A stretch of DNA of 52,382 nt, from positions 1 through 52,382 of IMG/VR virus record IMGVR_UViG_3300020403_000015; one strand, 5' to 3'. The DNA comes from a virus (lineage: Duplodnaviria; Caudoviricetes). Below the pieces are notes generated by a model. It ran no database searches, was not told the DNA's origin, and was given only the letters and a program-made list of their open reading frames with translations. Of the stretch, positions 47,186 through 52,382 are shown piece by piece; position 1 is the first letter of the stretch, and every line of letters begins with the position of its first letter. A program made the translations under genes and the position numbers.

Positions 47186-48256
47186 ATGCCGCCAAGAAAT
47201 CACAAGAAGTGGCTTGAGAAGCCGAAGGTAGATTTTGTTAGTTCCCTCATCTACTCAGACCACGGACTGTATGAACAAGAACTTGAAAACATATTTTCAA
47301 AGGTATGGATTCCTATCTGTCACGAAAGTGAACTTCCTAACACAGGATGCTTCAGGACAAGCAGTATAGCTAACCAGAATGTAATAGCTGTTCACAGGCA
47401 AAGCGGTATTGAGGTTTACAAAAACGAGGGAATAAGAGCGGTCTCAGGCCAGTTCGACCCAACAGGTCACGGCTACTGGGACAAGCTGCACAGTGAAGTC
47501 AAGTATGGTGGGATGGTGTGGACAACTCTTGACCCAGACCCCCGTCAGAGCCTTGATGAATGGATAGGTGGTGCGTTTGACTGCATCCTGTCAGCTATAG
47601 ATACGGAACCATTAGAGGTATTTCACTACCATAAGGCCATAATAGACACGAATTACAAGCTGTGGCACGACACAAACAGCGAATTTTACCACGATTTCAT
47701 GCATTATTTTAACCGCGTATCGGGCTTTAACGATGAATATTTTGCTAGAAAAAATATACCATTCGATAATGGTCACGTTAACGTCAGCAGTTTCACGGTT
47801 AACTACGAAGAATACGATGGCTTTGAGGATAGAGGAGAGCTTAGTTTCCCTACTCTCCCACCCAATCAATGGTACATGGTGGATTTATTTCCCGGATTTA
47901 ATTTTAATCTTCGCGGCAGTGCTTATCGAAGCGACAGCGTTACACCTCTTGGGCCTGATAAGGTTATGATTGAGTTCAGGGGGTATGGATTAAAAAGCGA
48001 TACACCTGAAGAACGCCAAACAAGAATAAAACATCACAACTCTATCTGGGGTCCATTCGGAAGAAACCTTCACGAAGACCTGATTGGTGTTGCTGGTCAA
48101 GGCACAACCATGAGACAGGGAACAGAGCCGCGCAATATTCTGCATGGCAGACATGAGAACTCAACTATCCACGATGAAGTTGGAATGCGTCACTACTACC
48201 AAGAGTGGAGCAAGTGGATGGGTGTATCAGCAAGCAACCCTTTAACTAAGGACTAG
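47186..48256 (+). CDS. msmA: Methanesulfonate monooxygenase alpha-subunit-like Rieske oxygenase lacking Rieske ligands
   Basis: IFSKVW...CHESELP, PLEVFHYHKA...TNYKLWHDTNSEFYHD.MHYFNR, IWGPFGRNLHEDL.GV.GQG and TIHDE.GMRHYY.EWS match MsmA as I recall it. No CxH/CxxH motifs. Confidence 0.8.
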   Translation: MPPRNHKKWLEKPKVDFVSSLIYSDHGLYEQELENIFSKVWIPICHESELPNTGCFRTSSIANQNVIAVHRQSGIEVYKNEGIRAVSGQFDPTGHGYWDKLHSEVKYGGMVWTTLDPDPRQSLDEWIGGAFDCILSAIDTEPLEVFHYHKAIIDTNYKLWHDTNSEFYHDFMHYFNRVSGFNDEYFARKNIPFDNGHVNVSSFTVNYEEYDGFEDRGELSFPTLPPNQWYMVDLFPGFNFNLRGSAYRSDSVTPLGPDKVMIEFRGYGLKSDTPEERQTRIKHHNSIWGPFGRNLHEDLIGVAGQGTTMRQGTEPRNILHGRHENSTIHDEVGMRHYYQEWSKWMGVSASNPLTKD

Positions 48257-48258
48257 TT

Positions 48259-50616
48259 ATGGAAGAAGAACTAACAGAAGCCGTCCAGTCCACCGATGAC
48301 ATGACCATAGGGATTCTTAATCCTGATGCTGTAGCTATTGAAGATGGCGAAGGCGGCGTTGTTATTGACTTCACCCCACCAGAAGAGATGGAAGAAGAGC
48401 CAATTCCTTTTGACGCAAACCTTGCCGAACACATGGATGAAGGTGACCTTGGCTCTTTGGCTGGGGATTTGATTGCTGCTTACGATGACGACAGAGCATC
48501 TCGCGGAGAATGGGAAGACGCTTACACTGCTGGCTTGGACTTGCTTGGTGTAAAGGTTGAGGAGAGAACCACACCATTTGAAGGTGCTACAGGTGTCACC
48601 CATCCAATTCTTAGCGAAGCAGTAATAAGGTTTGTTTCACAGGCCATGATGGAAATATTTCCAAACAATGGCCCGGTCAGAACAACCGTTATCGGCAATA
48701 AGACAGATGAGCGTCAGGAACAGGCCCGAAGAGTTCAGGATTATATGAACTATCTTCTGACCGAAGAGATGGAAGAGTACCGTCCCTCAACTGAACAGTT
48801 ACTATTTAAAACTGCACTTGCTGGCTCTGGCTTCAGGAAAGTGTACTACGACCCTCACCACAATCGACCAGAGAGTATATTTGTTCCTGCTGAAGACTTT
48901 GTCGTCAGCTATGATACTACAGATATCAAATCATCCCCACGTTACACACACGTTATGCGGAAGTCTGATAACTTTGTTAGACGGCTCCAGTTGAATGGGT
49001 TCTACCGTGATACTGACTTAGGAGATATATCTGATGAAGCCGACAGCGTTAAAACCAAATATGATGAACTCACAGGTGTCACGGAAGTCTCAGAGTCAGA
49101 CATCCGAACACTCCTTGAAGTCTTCGTTGAACTCGACTTGCCCGGATTTGAAGACGAAAGAGACGGAGAGCCGACAGGACTCCAACTCCCCTACGTTGTC
49201 ACCATTGACCAATCCAGCGGAACTGTCTTATCAATTCGCCGTAATTATGAAGAGGATGATGCACTAGCTGAACCCCTTCAGCACTTTGTCCACTACAAGT
49301 TTCAGCCCGGTCTGGGGTTCTACGGCTTTGGTCTTATCCATCTTATTGGAAGTATAGCAAAGTCATCGACCAGCATTCTTCGACAACTGATTGACGCTGG
49401 CACACTAGCGAACCTTCCCGCTGGTTTTAAAGCCAGAGGCTTACGAATTAAGGGAGATGACAAGCCGATTGAACCCGGAGAGTTTAGAGATATAGACCTT
49501 CCTGGGGGTGCAATCCGCGATAACATCTTACCCTTACCATTCAAGGAGCCTTCTCCCACGCTCTCTCAGTTGATGGGAGTTCTGGTCGAGGAAGGTAGAA
49601 GGATTGCTTCGATAGCAGACTTACAGATTGGTGAGGGTAATCAAGAAGCACCAGTCGGCACAACAATAGCTTTAATAGAACGGTCAATGAAAGTTATGAG
49701 CGCGGTGCATGCGAGGCTTCACAACAGCCTACGCCGTGAGTTCAAGCTACTGGCTAATATAATAAAGGATACACTACCAGCGTATCCATATGATGTTGGG
49801 GCAGATTCGTTAATTGCGAGGTCAGACTTTGACGACCGAGTTGATATCATACCTGTTTCTGACCCCAACGCCACATCGTTTGCCCAGCGGATTATGCAGC
49901 AGCAAGCCGCGTTGCAAACAGCACAGGCTGCGCCCCAACTATACGATTTGAGAAAACTCCATAGGTCTTTTCTCAACACTGTTGGCGTGGACGGTGTGGA
50001 CGAAATTGTTCCTGACCCAACGAACATATCTCCTTATGACCCCGTCTCTGAGAATGCTCGTATAATGTCAGGTGCGCCAGTCAAGGTCTTTGCATATCAG
50101 GACCATGACAGCCATATATCTGCCCACATGTCCTTGATGCAAGACCCAAGCCTCAAACAAAACCCGATGGGACAGATGATTGCTCAAGCAATATCCGCTC
50201 ATATATCGGAACATATGGCGCATAAGTACCGCAACGAAGCTGAACAACTTATGGGTACTCAGCTTCCACCTCTGTCAACCGAGAATGATAAGGGGCTTTC
50301 AGAAGAAGAAGAAAGTCAATTGTCAGCAGTGGCAGCGCAAGCAGCCGCTCAGATTACTGGAAAGGCCCAGCAGCAAGCTGTGCTTGAACAGCAGATGGCA
50401 GCAGCGCAAGACCCAGTGGTTCAACAGCAGCAAGCTGAGATACAGGTTAAGCAAGCAAAGGTACAGCAAGAGGCTCAAGAGGCGCAGCTTGATGCAAATG
50501 TTGAAATGCAAAAAGCTACCATGCGTCAACAGCTTGAGAGAGAACGACTAAAACAACAGCGTGAAATAGCCGAAATGAAAGTTGCCGCTGACCTAGCTAA
50601 GTCTAACCGCAATTAA
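48259..50616 (+). CDS. Portal protein
   Basis: PFDANLAE, D..SR.EWE, PFEGA.GV.HP.L.EA..RF, G..F.KVY.D, GFYGFG.IH, RQL.DAGTL.NLP.GFK, APVGTT.A; Q-rich barrel tail. Confidence 0.88.
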   Translation: MEEELTEAVQSTDDMTIGILNPDAVAIEDGEGGVVIDFTPPEEMEEEPIPFDANLAEHMDEGDLGSLAGDLIAAYDDDRASRGEWEDAYTAGLDLLGVKVEERTTPFEGATGVTHPILSEAVIRFVSQAMMEIFPNNGPVRTTVIGNKTDERQEQARRVQDYMNYLLTEEMEEYRPSTEQLLFKTALAGSGFRKVYYDPHHNRPESIFVPAEDFVVSYDTTDIKSSPRYTHVMRKSDNFVRRLQLNGFYRDTDLGDISDEADSVKTKYDELTGVTEVSESDIRTLLEVFVELDLPGFEDERDGEPTGLQLPYVVTIDQSSGTVLSIRRNYEEDDALAEPLQHFVHYKFQPGLGFYGFGLIHLIGSIAKSSTSILRQLIDAGTLANLPAGFKARGLRIKGDDKPIEPGEFRDIDLPGGAIRDNILPLPFKEPSPTLSQLMGVLVEEGRRIASIADLQIGEGNQEAPVGTTIALIERSMKVMSAVHARLHNSLRREFKLLANIIKDTLPAYPYDVGADSLIARSDFDDRVDIIPVSDPNATSFAQRIMQQQAALQTAQAAPQLYDLRKLHRSFLNTVGVDGVDEIVPDPTNISPYDPVSENARIMSGAPVKVFAYQDHDSHISAHMSLMQDPSLKQNPMGQMIAQAISAHISEHMAHKYRNEAEQLMGTQLPPLSTENDKGLSEEEESQLSAVAAQAAAQITGKAQQQAVLEQQMAAAQDPVVQQQQAEIQVKQAKVQQEAQEAQLDANVEMQKATMRQQLERERLKQQREIAEMKVAADLAKSNRN

Positions 50617-50668
50617 ATTAGGCACTGACCAGTAAACACATGTTATATTTACACTAGGAGTTTTTCCC

Positions 50669-50872
50669 TTGAGCGAACATAGCGTTCATGCTTTTACGAA
50701 AGTACATCGTGAAACAATAAGAACTTACATGAATGAATTAACTGATAACCTAGCGCTTGGGTCTGCAAAGACCTTTGAGGATTATCAGCGAACTGTCGGT
50801 CAGATTGAAGGTCTGGCGATAGCAGAGCGAGAGCTTTTAAATCTACTATCGAAGTCCTCTGATGAGGACTAA
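50669..50872 (+). CDS. Small conserved head-module protein
   Basis: G....EDYQ..VG.I.GL motif; AGGAG RBS with TTG start. Confidence 0.65.
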   Translation: MSEHSVHAFTKVHRETIRTYMNELTDNLALGSAKTFEDYQRTVGQIEGLAIAERELLNLLSKSSDED

Positions 50873-50916
50873 CGGCGTAGCTTGACCGCCCCTTAAATAA
50901 GCTAATGAGGTAATAA

Positions 50917-51294
50917 ATGTCGTCCGTATACAGTACGGGCGCGGTTGTCGTGCCTGACAACCCGCCAAAACCTATGGGATATCACGTTCTTATTGTGATG
51001 CCCAAGGTAGAAGAAAAAACGATAGGTGGTGTAATACTACCGTCAGAAGTCAAAAGTCGTGAAGACGTTGCTTCGATTGTTGGAAAAGTTATATCCGTTG
51101 GTGCGACTGCGTACCCCGAAACGGATTCTAGGTTCGCCGCTGGTCCTTGGTGTCAAGAGGGCGACTGGGTGATGGTGAGTAAATACTCAGGTCACCGCTT
51201 CGACTATGATGGCATTGAGATGCGTCTTATGAATGATGACGCGATTCTAGCTGTTGTAGATGACCCAACTAAAGTGTCGAGGGCAACAGCATGA
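50917..51294 (+). CDS. groES: Co-chaperonin GroES-like protein
   Basis: P.G..VLI.....EEKT.GG.ILP, G.V.SVG, GD.V..SKYSG, L.NDD.ILAVV. Confidence 0.88.
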   Translation: MSSVYSTGAVVVPDNPPKPMGYHVLIVMPKVEEKTIGGVILPSEVKSREDVASIVGKVISVGATAYPETDSRFAAGPWCQEGDWVMVSKYSGHRFDYDGIEMRLMNDDAILAVVDDPTKVSRATA

Positions 51295-52163
51295 ACGAAG
51301 AAGATATTAAAGAAGACGAGCTTGAGATTGAACTTGAGGAAGCTGAAGAAGAGGCTCCAAAGGTTGAGGAACAGGTTCAAGATGACGATGCAGGGGATAC
51401 TGTTGCGGCAGCCGAAGATACGCCCTCTCCTAAGAAGTCATCCAAATTTCAAAAACGTATTGATGATTTAGTTCATAAGCAGAAGGAAGCTGAACGTCAG
51501 CGTGATGAGTATTACAAAGTAGCCCAGAGGGTAATGGAAGAAAATAACGCTTTGCGAAATACCGCAAAGGAATTTTCAAACACCTCTGTGTCAGAGATGG
51601 AAGCAAGAATTACTTCTGACATTGACAAGGCAACGTCTGATTTTAAGAAGGCTTACGAAGAAGGTGAAGCGGATAAGTTGGTTGAAGCCCAGAAGAGGCT
51701 TATCCAAGCAAGCTCACAGACAGGTAAGCTGGATAACTTAAAGCAACAGGCTGCGCCAGAATACTATGAACCTCATGCGCCGCTTGACCCACCACCAGAC
51801 TCAAGGGCTGTTGATTGGGCAGCGAAAAATCCTTGGTTTAATCGTGACCGTGTAATGACCAATGCGGCATACGCAATTCACGATGAAGTTGTTAATAGCG
51901 GCGTGGAGATTTCCAGTGAACGTTATTACGACATGATAAACCAAAGGATGCGTGAAGAATTTCCACACAAGTTTACTGGTTCGGTGCAGGACACACCAGA
52001 CCAATCCCGTAAAGGGACCGCAACCTCTGTGGTTACGCCGGGTGGCAATCAAACAGGCCGCTCAAAGAAAGTCCGATTATCACCTTCACAGGTGGCCGTA
52101 GCTAAACGCTTGGGTGTTCCTCTTGAGGAATACGCAAAGCAGTTTGTTGCGCTTGAAAATTAG
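51291..52163 (+). CDS. Capsid scaffolding protein (putative)
   Basis: Acidic N-terminus, coiled coil, W...NPWF, V.LS.SQVA.AK.LG...EEYAK C-terminus. Confidence 0.7.
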   Translation: MNEEDIKEDELEIELEEAEEEAPKVEEQVQDDDAGDTVAAAEDTPSPKKSSKFQKRIDDLVHKQKEAERQRDEYYKVAQRVMEENNALRNTAKEFSNTSVSEMEARITSDIDKATSDFKKAYEEGEADKLVEAQKRLIQASSQTGKLDNLKQQAAPEYYEPHAPLDPPPDSRAVDWAAKNPWFNRDRVMTNAAYAIHDEVVNSGVEISSERYYDMINQRMREEFPHKFTGSVQDTPDQSRKGTATSVVTPGGNQTGRSKKVRLSPSQVAVAKRLGVPLEEYAKQFVALEN

Positions 52164-52174
52164 GAGACATAAAC

Positions 52175-52382
52175 ATGTCTGATACAGCAAAAGCATCTCG
52201 TACCCCTCGTTCTGTAGAGAAGCGTGAACAGGAAGTACGCACCCAAGATTGGACTCCACCTAACATGTTGCCTGACCCTCTTCCTAAAGAAGGTTACACA
52301 TTTAAGTGGGTTCGTATTTCAACTCAAGGCCAAGACGACCCGATGAACTATTCCAAGAAACTCCGTGAGGGGTGGGAAGCAG
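52175..52382 (+). CDS. Head-module protein, 3' partial
   Basis: AGGAG RBS; MSDTAKASRTPR...WTPPNMLP.P...GY..KWVR...KLREGWE runs off the window end. Confidence 0.7.
   Translation, partial: MSDTAKASRTPRSVEKREQEVRTQDWTPPNMLPDPLPKEGYTFKWVRISTQGQDDPMNYSKKLREGWEA

Overview
About 52 kb of a tailed dsDNA phage genome, podovirus-like and apparently temperate. It appears cut within the structural genes: the major capsid gene is not in the window. There is no host DNA, rRNA or tRNA. Layout: (+) 1-22034 tail fibre/adhesin paralogues, tail, ejection proteins including a 2662-aa LPD38-type polyvalent protein, and a lysis cassette; intact attP-like site (~22330-22535); (-) integrase, excisionase, HNH, SSB, annealing protein, exonuclease and CI-like repressor (22000-27328); (+) VRR-NUC, class II RNR, initiator with internal iterons, split primase/helicase and DUF6456-like regulator (27445-32724); (-) early operon with small ORFs, Sir2, DUF2201 VWA-peptidase, MoxR AAA and DUF3150-like genes (32830-41663); an ~870 nt highly structured non-coding region (41680-42545); then (+) TerS, DUF3310, MazG, TerL, an MsmA-like oxygenase subunit, portal, GroES and scaffold. 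The host is probably a marine alphaproteobacterium (inference from msmA and DUF6456). Highlights: a candidate large structured RNA with four C(UUCG)G loops and six AGACCC-repeat units; an MsmA lacking its Rieske cluster ligands; a 12-bp operator-like motif next to -35 boxes at five sites; and a glycosylase-like domain in the giant virion protein. All family assignments come from motif recognition, not database searches.
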